The notes beneath the pieces are model-generated. The model worked only from the letters and a program-made list of their open reading frames with translations, did no database searches and was not told where the DNA came from. A DNA stretch of 64,000 nucleotides, from the NCBI GenBank assembly GCA_026023565.1, contig JAPETS010000027.1, positions 248,001-312,000 on the forward strand, written 5' to 3'. The DNA is from Cirrosporium novae-zelandiae (lineage: Eukaryota). The position numbers and the translations under genes were made by a program. Positions 1 through 12,457 of the stretch are shown here, piece by piece (the first letter of the stretch is position 1; each line of letters begins with the position of its first letter).

Positions 1-34
1 CTACCAATACGTTTATTTTTTCCCTTCAATTACC

Positions 35-67
35 CTTCTTCTTCTTCTTCTTCTTCTTCTTCTTCTT
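35..67. repeat. (CTT)11 microsatellite in an AT-rich low-complexity stretch
   Basis: Perfect CTT x11 read directly; the flanking 1-450 is AT-rich with TAGG/TATA-type simple repeats. Confidence 0.95.
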
Positions 68-1162
68 CAAGGTTCTTGAATATTAGAGAAGGGTAGGCAG
101 GTAGGTGTTTATGGGGATAGAGGTAGATTAGAGTATTGAATAGGAAGGAAGGGAGGGGGGAGGGATGTGTTGAGAGAGTTTGAATTTTAGATTACTTATT
201 TAAGATAATAGATAGGGGGAAGGGGGGATAAGAGTATATACCTACTGATCTACTATATAATTACCTAGGTAGATATAAATCCGCGTGTAAAGAAGAAGAA
301 TAGATAGGGTACCTACCTACCTATATCATGTTAATAATAATAATAATGATAGGAAAAAAAAGCGAAGGTATTTTATATATATATATTTGTTGATCATTAA
401 GAAAAGGAATAGAATATCTAATTAATCCTTTGTTGTTGAGAACCGATTAACGCGCATCTTATCAGATGTGTTAGGGGATAGGTGCGCTAGCATGTGTATA
501 GAGGGGACAGGGGGGCAGTTATTGATGTTTACTGTGTATCTGTATCTGTGGAGCTGTTGTATCTATCTCCCTTTTCCCCTTCCAATTGATAATTGACAAA
601 TATTTCTGTTTTTAAAAGCATTTGCAACAAGTCTTCCGCAACTAATAAGCATGTAAGACGTTGAAATAATTAATAGCCCTAATAATTACTGTACATTACT
701 GTATAGTACTAAGCCACGCGTCTGTTGGAGAAATTCAATGCCTCTAAAACTTTTATGATGACGTAGCAACTACCTTGAAAGATCAACGTGATAGATACAT
801 TTAGGTTCATATATCTCTTTAAGCATACTGTGTGTATAAACTTATCATTAGAAGAACTACTGGGTGTAAGAGGAAAACAGAAAGTTCATATCTATCAACT
901 TCGTCCCGCCAACCCCGTTCAACGCCCGAAGGGCATAAAAAGACTGCGCACTCGTTTAAAGGTATCAAGAATCGTAAGGTAATAATGGCATCCGCAATCC
1001 GCCACTGTCTATCAGATTGCACATTATTTCACTGCAGCTCATGTAGGCATTTAATGTCAACTTCCCCGATGTCCTCATAAGAAGAACCTGCCCGCCCACT
1101 TGTGTTCATTTCGACGAGCTTCAAATACATAGAGGTGCTCATCAAGCGTATATGCTCCCTCT

Positions 1163-3661
1163 TCACTGCACCTGACTGACTATTTCGTTGGCTCGTGACA
1201 GTGATTCAACCATTTGCTGGCATTCCTTCCGTCGTCTAGTCGTGTAGTCACTTTCTTTCAGTAAGTTGTCAAGTTCGTTTGTTCGGTAGAGATTTTCAAG
1301 CAACTCGCGCTGCATTTCATCTTTTGAAAATCTGTCGCTAGGTAAGCCGAGGTTTTATCACCAAGTATAATGCACGTCTTGAACTTACTGGACCAGATTA
1401 AGCATGATTGCCTTCGGTACCATATCGATCATTGTTCGTCGAACAATGTTATAGTAAGAGTTGATGAGTAATTCTAGCATTGTATATTAGTATTCGACTA
1501 TTGTGCTACAATTATCAACATGCACTTACTGATAACCTCAACTTCTTGTCCTTCCTTATCAGAGAGAGTTCCGGATGCTTTCAAGGTTGGTGGGGGAGCC
1601 TCCATTGCTGCCATTTTTTTCTTGTTCTTTACAGCAAAGAAGCTTCCAAAGAACCCACCGTTGCCATCAGTCAAGGTATCTATCGAAGGACTGGCAGACC
1701 GTGGTGGAACAGCTGGCGGTAGCGGCTTGCCCGTCTTTGGGTCAACCTGGGTAGGTTTTGCTGCATTGTGTCGTTCGTGGACAATAGCCATAGCCTGATA
1801 ACAAATTAGATGCTACATACAAAACTGTAAGCACATGATCACATACCCTTTGACCATTCAAGAAATCCGGGTGGCCGGTGTTGATATAACACGACTCCAT
1901 TGCTACCAAATCTCTAACTAACTTATTAGTTGGTTCCATCGTCTTCTTGAAAAATCCTACCACCACGGCATGGAATTTTTCCTTTAACCCAGGATACCTT
2001 CGGAATAATTGTTTGTTCAATAGCTGGGCAAGGATGCGCACGAGTTCATCATATACCAATGATGCGCATTTAAGACTTGGGTCCTCTAATCGTTTGATTT
2101 GCTGTTTAACAATCAATTCAAAGGCAGTAGTCCCAACAAACAAAGCTGGAGCGGAGCCGGAGGAGTTGTACAAAATGGTCCGAATGTCCACGTCTTTGAC
2201 CTGGTCAAATGGATCTACTGCTTTCACGCCATTGGAATAAAGCTCGTGGAAAACGAAACTAATTCTCGCGCCGCCAGAAAGTTCTGTGCTAGATAGCTCT
2301 TGATTGTTACCGTCAAGAATTGTTCGATATTCATTGCAGAATTCCGTGATGATGTTCAATACAATATTGGCACTATTTCCAAGGATTGAATCTCCAAGTT
2401 GGCCTAATTCCGCGGAATACTTTTGCAATGATGATGTTATCCGGGCTTTGATGTCTGGGAGGGTTTGTTTGATATGCATCATTAGGATCTAGGAGCCCGT
2501 TAGTCTCGCCTATCAATAAGTACATTTTACTAGGGCGTACCAAATTTAGTTTTCGTGCAAGATATGGGGTTCCACAGTACGAGCTCTTATTCCTGTATGC
2601 CTTGTGGTTGTCAAAGAACTGCTTTTCATGTTCTAGAGCGTAAGAAATCGCTTTCTTATTCTCAATGTCTCGTTGACCTCTGTTTACCACAGGAACATAA
2701 CCCAATCGAAGGGGGATAATGCGACCAGCTAGAATATCAACGACATCTGTGCCATCATCCATCAAATCAACCTTCGTAAGAACACCAATGGTTCGTTGAC
2801 CCTCTGGGTCAACCTCACGTGCCAATTTTAGACCATCCGAGTTGGCTAGATCGGTGTTGGCTGCTGTAACAGCTAGTATAATTGCATTGGGCTTGCTGAT
2901 TTGCTTTAAAACCATCTCTTTGATTTGTCTCTCAATGTCTCGAGGCTGGTCACCAACAGGGACTTTTGTCAAACCTGGCAAATCGACCAGTGTCAGGGTT
3001 AGAACATTCGGCGAATATATCCGGAGGTTGATTGGAGCTGGTGATATGCCTGCATTACGACCGGTTTTTGATTCTGTCTCCTTGACAATCTCGTCTCTGA
3101 TCTTATTGAAATCATGGAATCTCTGGCCAGGGATGTGTAGAAATTCCCCCCACTCGTCGGTATTGGCTTCTTTATCACTTGTATTAAGCTCTCCATCAAC
3201 AGCACCATTCGTACCATTCGTCTTCGGAGGAGCCGCCCGGTTGATAAGCTGAAGGACCAAAGGTCGCCTTGTAACTATGCCAGTCCCTCTTGGTAAACTT
3301 GGATTTCTAGTCAATATGGTTGCCTGGAGGATATATTTCTAGGACAACTCACAAATCACGTCCGACTATATTCTCAAGGACGGAACTTTTCCCACTTGAC
3401 TGGGACCCAACAACAACTATTTGCGGTAAATCGATAGGATTTTGAACCTGCGCAAAAGGGGGGACGGTTTAGCTTATGAAGGACTCCAAGCAGCAAACAT
3501 AGAATATGACGTACGCCGACAGTTGTAAAGACATCTTGTAGTTTGTTGACGAGAGTGATCAGACTTGGGTCATTGACATTTATGCTGGCAGTACTGATCA
3601 GCTTTGTTCATGGAGAAAGAGTACAGTTAGGCACTTACGAGTACCCCGAAGGAGAGGACAT
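1163..3661 (-). CDS. VPS1: Dynamin-like GTPase Vps1 (8 exons, 7 introns)
   Basis: Spliced N-terminus [31 protein letters not shown]; dynamin motifs [33 protein letters not shown]; middle domain [17 protein letters not shown] ending ...[14 protein letters not shown] 3661-3659, stop 1165-1163. Confidence 0.96.
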
Positions 3662-4170
3662 GGCGGGGGTAAAAGAGACTGGGCTTTCTGGTGTTGGATG
3701 TAGTTTTTTGTTATATGAAGAGGGAAAGGAACTAGACTATTCAAGTTAAGCAAATATGGGTGCAGTTTGAAGCGACGTGGATGGGATAGATCATAGATCT
3801 TTGGGGGTTCGGTGAAGCTGGTAGTTCTTGTTGTTGGTTGTTGGAGGAGTGGCTAGGCCTGTGGCTGTGGCTGTGGCGTCTTGCACCTGGACTTGGACTG
3901 AGCTTTCCAATAACCTTGGCACACAAATGGGACTGACTAGACTACGAACTGACTAGAAAACGAGGGAACGTTCAAATTCTCAATAACATATATTGTTATT
4001 GGATGGAGTGCCAACAGTTATTTGAGTGAATATACACACGCGCCGCGCCACCAAGGAAACCGAATCCCAGATCCTATCTTCCCCTCCACCCTTGACCACG
4101 ACAACAACACCATGGTCTCCGATTCCGAAACCGAAACACCACTCAGGAAAATGATATCAATATCACGAAA

Positions 4171-4640
4171 CTGCACGACCTCTCCACACGTGTGACGCTC
4201 ATAGCCCACGACTTCTTCACCAACCAGCCGGTCCATGGCGCAGATATCTATCTCTTCAGATAGATTCTACACAACTGATCCGTCAAGTACAGCCTACAGA
4301 TTTTAAAGTCCTTGATCCCGGCCTTGAAACCTGGTACCCGCATCGTTATCAATGACGGAGTGCTGCCGGAACCAAACACGGATCTATCTTTCTCCTTTTC
4401 TCTATCTCTTACCAAATACAGATTAATTTCCCCTCTCTTCTCTCCCCATAGAACCATGGACCTAGTAATGTTAACCCTCCTAAACACCCAAGAACAAAGA
4501 GTAGCGGAATGGAAATCTCTTTGAACAAGCAGATCCTCGGCTCAAGTTCATAGGTACCACACGACCCAAAGGATGTCGCATGTGGATTATCGAAGCCAAG
4601 TGGGATGGGGAAAAGAAACCTGAGAAGGTTCAATCGCCGT
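4171..4640 (+). pseudogene. Degraded SAM-dependent O-methyltransferase (fungal secondary-metabolism type), C-terminal part only
   Basis: Reads LHDLSTRVTLIAHDFFTNQPVHGADIYLFR*ILHN*SVKYSLQILKSLIPALKPGTRIVINDGVLPEP...RTMDLVMLTLLNTQEQRVAEWKSL/EQADPRLKFIGTTRPKGCRMWIIEAKW. Stops at 4261 (TAG) and 4276 (TGA) sit where Trp is usual; frameshift near 4521; no N-terminal half found. Confidence 0.88.
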
Positions 4641-5084
4641 CGGATGATGATGTTGTTAGTGGTGATATGGTACAAGTACAACAAATACAAGTATCATCAC
4701 TTCAAGAGAAGAATCAGGAGAATGATAAAAGGAAGAAAAGGATGCCACTCTTTCTTTTTTTTCGACAAGGAAATACCCCGGGTACCCGACATGGGATGTG
4801 TAACGTGTGCTGTGAATGGTGTTTCGCCTTCCTCTTACATATGTTTACTAGTTGCTAGCTTGTATAACCTTTCCCACAGCCTTGAGTTATAAGGTATGGC
4901 TATGCCTTATAATTTTAAAATTCATGGTTTTCATTTTTCTACTAGAAAGTAATATAAAACGTAAGTTACCCAAAGTTGGTCAGCGACCGAGAGTTGATCA
5001 CCGAGCATCATTCATTTCACCAACCATGTGATTATTGTTAATTACAATGTTTTATTTTATTTTAAATACTAAAGTTATTAGAAA

Positions 5085-5212
5085 CTCAGTTGTAAGCTCA
5101 ATGGAAGTCTCAGTCAGATGCTCAATATAAACCTCAGTCAGCGCCTCAGTAAGAAGCCCAATCACGATCTCAATCAGTACGTACACGCTTCAATCACAAC
5201 TTCAGTCAGAAC
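5085..5212. repeat. Degenerate 12-bp-period tandem repeat (CTCARTnnnnnn), about 10 units
   Basis: Units ctcagttgtaag/ctcaatggaagt/ctcagtcagatg/ctcaatataaac/ctcagtcagcgc/ctcagtaagaag/cccaatcacgat/ctcaatcagtac, then after a short gap ttcaatcacaac/ttcagtcagaac. Confidence 0.75.
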
Positions 5213-7791
5213 TTTTACGTGCATTCTAACAAAATATTAATAAATAGAAATACCAAATCTCAAGTAGCTTTAATTGTTAAAATAAAAAAAAATATTATAA
5301 TTCAAATTAATAAAATAGTTGGTGATACTCGAGTATAAGAAGTAGATTTTTGGCGAGTGTTCAACTCTAGGTACCTAATTTAGGTTAAGGTTAACATACA
5401 CAGATCATAAAAAGTGTATATTTTTGAATAATCCAAGGATGGCTGAAGAGTCAACCCCCTGCTAGCTCTAATTAGGCTTAGTGCGCTTCTAATAAATGGA
5501 TACCTAGGTATATAAATTCTTTATTTCCCATCGAACTCCCCCTCTTTTCTTTTTATTACCTAATGTAGATTGCCCTGTTCTATTCTCAAATCAATCTTCA
5601 GAACTTCTGAAGATAGATAACCATATAATAATCAAATCTTTGAAACCAAGGACCATAAGGTATATATGTGATAGATGAATAGTATACTGAGTCCTTTATA
5701 TTCTTTTCTCATCCGTGACTCTCTGCTATTTTACGGTCGCATTTTATATCTTGTTTTTAATCGTTTTTGTCATAAGCGCAATAGGTTTATATGGCTAGAT
5801 ACATTGCTCGCTTGGTAACAAGCGGGTAGTCACGCCCTTTTGGCCCAGTTCTTACGACGTCTAGGATATGGGCTCAATGAGGCTCTTATCTAGGGGTATT
5901 ACTGATGTGGATATGTTGACTAAGGTCTAGAATCTAAGGTGCGAGGCTCAGGAATCTATATACAGTGGGGGAATCCCCTCTGAATGATGATTGTTAGAGA
6001 TGAAGAAGAAGAAAAGATCTCGAGATGAGAAATATGGACTATCCATGTTTACACTCTTAAGGATAGACGAGGCCCGAAAAAAAAAGGCAGCTACCCTCCA
6101 TTATACCACTTTACTTTTAATAATAGCAATAACAGCTAGCTAGTTCTTTCCTACATCTAATCTTTATTTCCACAAACGCCACACGGAAGGCAGCTTCCTA
6201 ACCCCCCCCCCTTTTTTTTTTTACGAGGTTCCGCAAATATCCTGGACTAGGTACAGTACATTTACGCCTACCTATATACTACTGGGTGACTATTGACACA
6301 TTCATGGAAGGCAGAAAAATCTAGAACTGATGCTACACTCCATGGCTCTCCCTCTGTTATATGAAATACCTAGATTAGTAATGTTTAGAGAGAGATGGAG
6401 GCGGGGGCGGGGGGTGCTGGAACTACGATCCAGGATCTTTTTCTTAGTTGTTATTCCTGCCTTTAACATCTTGGATATTTCATGCCCTGAGGTGTACAGT
6501 ACAGTCATGGCAGTAATGGACGCCTGGTACTGTGTCTGCGCATCCCCCCTCCCCCAAGGCGAATAACATCTAACATATTATCAAATTTTCCATTTACTCG
6601 CAAAAAAAAAAACCGTTCAAGCCTATTGTCGTTCTTGGAACTAACAAGATGCATTTGATCAGCAGCACATCACTACTAGTTTTTTGTCGTTATTTGTGTG
6701 AAACTTGTCCCTCGTTTCTTTCTGAAGATGTTCTCGGAAACCATATTGACAGCCAGCCCCCCCTGCTACTCAGATCCTAATGCTATTTTCATTTCTTCCC
6801 TTACGTTATGTAAGTTCAACTAATTAGTTCGTCGATCTAATCTTTATCAAGCGGGGGCTTGAGGGATGATAATTGCTTCATCTTCTTTTTCTTCAAATTG
6901 CCACACCAGTTGGATTGTAGACCCGCTTTCTTATCAACTACTTTGGTATATATACCTATCTTTCCTTCTTTAACTCTCGTATATACGCTTTTTCCTGTCA
7001 CGTCGTATATCTTCCGTGAGGCTGACAAAGTTGTTTGATGTCTTCCTGTTAACCAAACATATCAGTACCCAGAGGCCTAGAGTAAAATATAAATAAGAGC
7101 CATAACTTAGATATCTCAAGTATTCTTTCACATAAAAGGAATCTTCCGTCTCCTCATACTCATACCCCTATAGCCGCAAATAGCTCCCTTAATCATAAGG
7201 CTTTTAATCACCAAAACTCTTCATAAATACTCCTTCTGTCTCTGGAGGTACATGTACATACGGAAGTCGATTTTACGTCCATGATTTATTACAACATGAC
7301 TATAGACAATAAGTAGAGAAAAATAATAGTATTGGATATACTGAATATGTTTATCGAGTTAAATCAAGTTGTAGCAGTAGCAATCTTCAAGGTTCATCTT
7401 TTCTTCTTCCTGTCTCAGATGCGCTGAATGTCCCAGATGTATCGTGTACAGTCCCAGATGTACGGATATTGTTGCACGGCGTGTGCTAAACCCCTCGTGC
7501 TGGTAGCACGGGCAAGGAAAGTTTTCCTTCTGCGTGTCAAATACCTTCCAACAGCTCATTAGACATCCACTTCTAGATAGTCTACTTCTTAACTCACGCA
7601 TGGTATTATTTACACCAAAGTCAACAGGTATTTAATTCCGTTCATGTGCCTAAGTTTTAATCTATCATGCCCTCGGCATCATGAACAATTCACCGTGCCT
7701 TTGGCCACATTATGCTACAAGAACTAGACGTCCCCAACAGGGGACGGTTACCCTCTTCATCTCTTGATCACTGTACCTAATATTGTGCTCA

Positions 7792-10017
7792 CTATTCATC
7801 GCTGACTGATGCAAACTTCTCAGTCATTCCTTGTAGGATATTGTCATACTAGATTTTACATGTTAGCTCTGATCTGGCTATGAAACAAAGACAGAAAACT
7901 TTACCTTCTTGGAAATTTTCTCCTCGCCTTCACTTGGTACCTCAAATTTCATGTTTCGCAATTGACTTTGGATATCGCCGGTTGCTTCACGGATCTTAGT
8001 CCAGCTTTGCCCTTGAGCCACCGCTTTCTGGGCTTCGTCATGATATTGCATGAATGCCTTCATCATATATTCCGTTTTCCAGATTGGACAATACTGGTCA
8101 TAGTCACTGTAGCCATTTTGTTGGAGGAAATCATCTTTGAGCAATGCTGCAATATCCAGCGTGATCTTGTCAGGGTCACCAAGAGCTTGTTTCCCGACAA
8201 GTTGTACAACCTGATCAAGATCTTCGGAATTAGAAAGCAATTCTTTAATGCGGTCTCGTAAGCGAGGGAATTCTGGATGCTCCTTCTCGTAATACTTGTC
8301 CAGAATCGTGGTATATTTGCTGTAAGAGACGGCGGTGTTGACAGAAGGGAAATGCTTTCTTTGGGCAAGTTTTTTGTCCAATCCCCAGAAGACCTGTACA
8401 ATGCCCAATGTACTACTGGTCACAGGATCTGAGAAATCTCCTCCAGGGGGACTAACTGCACCAACTATACTAACACTTCCTTTTCGTTCTGGACTTCCGA
8501 GACACAATACTTGTCCAGCTCGCTCGTAAAAGGAGGCCAATTTTGCACCGAGGTATGCAGGGAAACCTTGGTCAGCAGGCATCTCACCAAGACGACCAGA
8601 GATTTCACGGAGAGCCTCTGCCCATCGAGAGGTGGAGTCAGCCATCATAGCAACATCCTTGCCCTGGTCTCTGAAATATTCAGCAACAGTAATTCCAGTA
8701 TAAATGGAGGCTTCTCGAGCCGCCACTGGCATGTTTGAAGTATTCGCAATAAGAGAGGTACGCTTCATTATTGGTTCTTTTCTCCCCCCCACATCAATTG
8801 AAAGCTAGATAGAGTTAGCATTATCGATAGAGCAATGAACAGGGTATATACCTCAGGAAAATCCATCAAGACCTCTGCCATTTCATTTCCTCTCTCTCCG
8901 CAGCCTACATAAATAATGATATCGCTGTTAGAGAACTTCGAAACACTCTGACTGATAACTGTTTTCCCACAGCCAAAGGCGCCTGGAATACAAACTGTGC
9001 CACCTTGTACACTAGGGAACAATGCATCAAGAACACGCTGGCCGACAATGAAAGGAGAAGAGGATGGTAGCTTGTCAGCTGATGGTCGAGGCACTCGGAC
9101 AGGCCAAGTGTGCATCATTGTGTGTTCAGTCTTCTTCCCTTCGAATTCAACTTCCAGCACTTTTTCCGCAACGGTGTAGCTTCCTGCAGGAGCGATCCAA
9201 GTGATTGTGCCCCTTGCACGAGGGGGCAGAAGGATTTTATGGTCATTGAGCAAACTATTCTCAAAAACCGACCCAAAGACATCCCCACCGGTGATACGAT
9301 CACCAACCTTGAACTTGACTGGTTTGAAATCCCACTTTTTTTTTCGATCCAATGAAGGAACAGCAATTCCGCGAGGGATATATATACTCTGAGACTGGTT
9401 GGAGATCTCCTGCAGCGGCCGTTGTATACCATCGTAAATAGCTTCCATCAAACCTGGGCCAAGTTCAACGGACAGTGGCTTACCTGTCCGGAGTACAGGA
9501 TCACCAACAGTTACGCCAGCTGCCAGCAATTAGTCTTTGACCGTTGTAAGCTTTCCAGTTTTGATGCTGCCATACCAGTTTCTTCGTAGACTTGCACTGT
9601 AGCCTTATCTCCATCGATTCGAATAACTTCTCCAACAAGCTGGTCGTGGCCGACTTTAACCTATGCAAGAGAAGAAAGCTATCAGACATGATTATTCAAG
9701 CATTTTGTGGGTGCGACATACCAGTTCGTACATGGCGCATCCAATCATATTTTCCGCAACAACGACGGGGCTTGATCAAATTAGGAAGTATTAAACAAGG
9801 CAACAAATAGATCACATACCCGGAGACAGAGAAAATGGATCCTAGGAGAAGGCAAGTTAGCGGTTCTATTATATTATGTTAATTCGGCCAGGTTGTAAAT
9901 ACATACCATGGTACTCCTCGTCGGCTGGTACGCCGTTGGATTTCTGAAAACGAAGGTTAGATGGTGAAACCAAGTAAAGGTAATTGCTAGAAAGAAAGAA
10001 TTTCTTACAGAAGTCAT
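7792..10017 (-). CDS. VMA1: V-type ATPase catalytic subunit A (8 exons including 9-nt and 22-nt exons; no intein)
   Basis: Spliced start [53 protein letters not shown]-loop [22 protein letters not shown] uninterrupted; [17 protein letters not shown]; stop TAG 7794-7792. Confidence 0.97.
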
Positions 10018-12457
10018 TTTGGTTCGTGGTGGGGGGGTAGAACGTGAACGAGAGGAGGATTGTTTTCTCGAAGATGCTGTGTCGTTGAAAGTTAGTAGGT
10101 CGGGAGCTGGCAGCAGAAAATCGTCATTAAGCGGTAACGAACTCGGAGATGGCTCAGATGGCTGTGGCTGATAAAGGTCGTCCAGCCGCCTATGGACGAT
10201 GACTTCAACAAATGACCGACGATGAGAAAGTCGAGGTCTCCCAAGTCCAAGCATATACTGTAAAGGTACTACAGTATTAATGATTTAGATATACTTGTTG
10301 TGTATGATGGCTTACTTACTGTACTGTGGATGGAGACGATAGTAGAAGGTAAGGTAACGTAGACCAATGATATAGAGAAGGATGAGAACGGTGAGATCTC
10401 TTTACATTAATTAGGTAGTTTAGTACATAGTAGTGGAGCTCAAATACACAAGGAAAAGCTTCCAAGGCTCTTAGAGGCAGTAGGCATTGAGCCAACGAGC
10501 TTAGGTGGTCTACAGTTATCTGCCCGTACTCAGACCGAACATCGAATAAATATCAACTACGTTTGAATTAAGTACACTCAAGGGTCAGATAATCACATTA
10601 ACTGTCTACATATGTCCTGGATTCGGTCCTGCACAACATATCGAAGGGATGGATACCTAGGTAATTAGTAGGAACCATGCCTCAAAAATCATCTTTGCCA
10701 CGTACTAAAAAGTAGTTGATATTCCATCCAATGGTCAAATGACCTGTGTATTAATGTGTTAATGATCATTACCTGAAACTTTACTTGAAAGCGGTCCTGT
10801 TTTCAACATGCCTTCCCAAGTTTCAACTGGTTCCGTTCCTCTTATCTATCACCAGTAGTCATACTTTGGGTTGGAAAACAAAGGATCCGGAGGGGTTTAA
10901 GGTACTGGATCTGGGATAAATACCGGCTGTATTTAATTGATTTCCAAAAAACAAAAACAAAAAAACCCGCGACATAGATATAGATATATTATAATAAAAT
11001 AGGCATATTAGTGGCTAATAATTTAAGAGGTTAAGAGCATAAAATAATTACTAAAAAAGTCTTTGGGATCAGCTGGTGTAAGGGCCAAATGTATTTAACA
11101 AGGTCCATGGAACAGGCACGGCAAGAGGTACCTTCGCACCAAGATAATACGGGGGGCACGGGGGTGACTATTGAGGTGTCTTGGGCTCTCTTTCGGCTTT
11201 AGGATGGTCCCGCTTACTGCAAGTGGTTAAACCCCCCATCAATGCCTGCCGACGAGCATCATCATCAACTCAGGGTATCTCAACCTCCACCGAAACTGAT
11301 CTGGGACACCTCACCTTTCACTTTACCGTTGTGGTCTATATCGACTTCTTAGCCATCGACAACACCATTCTAAACTATATCCGTATATCAGTGCCCATTG
11401 CATTCCAAATACGTTTACTGATAACCTCCGAGGTACCTACCCAAACTGTCCGCCGTGACTCGAGTTATATCCTGTCTGGACAAGTTGAATATTCCACAAT
11501 AGCTAACTAGAACGCTTAAAGATACCTCCAACGACGTATCAAGAATACCACCTATCTAATTGCTGTATATCAGATAAAATCCCCCAAGAGCAAATAGATC
11601 ATCCCCTTTCCTTCTCGTCACCACTGTCGGCATCTACGATTCCACTTCACCGTAGTCGAAAGCTTCGCAAACTTTCCATCACCCCCGACTTACATCAGAT
11701 TGCATCAGCGAAAACACGTCGTCAAAGGATCCTGCTTTGTATGCATATGATTAAATCTACCATTTGTGATCCGACTAGTGCACTGTGAATACCATTTGAA
11801 GAACCGGAGGGCGGACTGACGAAAGTCTTGACCAACCTGCCGAACTTGAAAGCCATAAGACCTTCTTTTGGCGAAGTGTTATTGGATAAGAAGCCTTTCC
11901 TACAGTTAGGCTATCTTCATCCACTTGAATAAGATCAACAATTTCGCTGGCCCAGACCTTCAGGGATAGGTAGACTCGCAGTGCTCAAAAGCTCTGGGGA
12001 AGACTGATCGATTCTACGAGGGTTAGTCAAAGCTATTGTGCTTGACCTCTTGAACTCCTGCCGAGCAAGTCTCGGCACTGCCGTCCTGGCAGACAATAAT
12101 TCCCCTTATATCCATCCCCCAATCAATTCCGACCGCCCAACCACATCGCCATCCCTATCTAATACTTCTACCCCAGTTATCTCTGCCCATTTATTAACCA
12201 ATACTTCAACAGCCAATCAGGAAGAGCAAGCTACGCAAGCTCAAGGAGAAACAACCAATATACACCAAATCCCCGATAGTCGTCCCCACCGACGCCGTCG
12301 TCGGTCCAGCTCATCTGAACTTGAGACTGTTTTTCAGGGTAGTTCGCACTCTCATCCCGAGCCTTTAGGATCTATTCATTCTGCTACTCCCGAAGGTGCC
12401 ACACAAACAGGCAGGGGGAGCCCTCTACGAAAACGCCGAAGATTATCAATTGAGACG

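Noticed and set aside
788..1080. Three short overlapping ORFs downstream of VPS1
   Set aside because: No motifs, non-ATG starts, and they fall in the probable VPS1 3' UTR.
6837..7028. Lys-rich 63-aa minus-strand ORF in the gene-poor interval
   Set aside because: TTG start, no recognisable homology or supporting exon structure; a relic cannot be excluded.
8880..8925. VMA1 intein (VDE homing endonuclease) insertion site
   Set aside because: [14 protein letters not shown] is contiguous, so the allele is empty.
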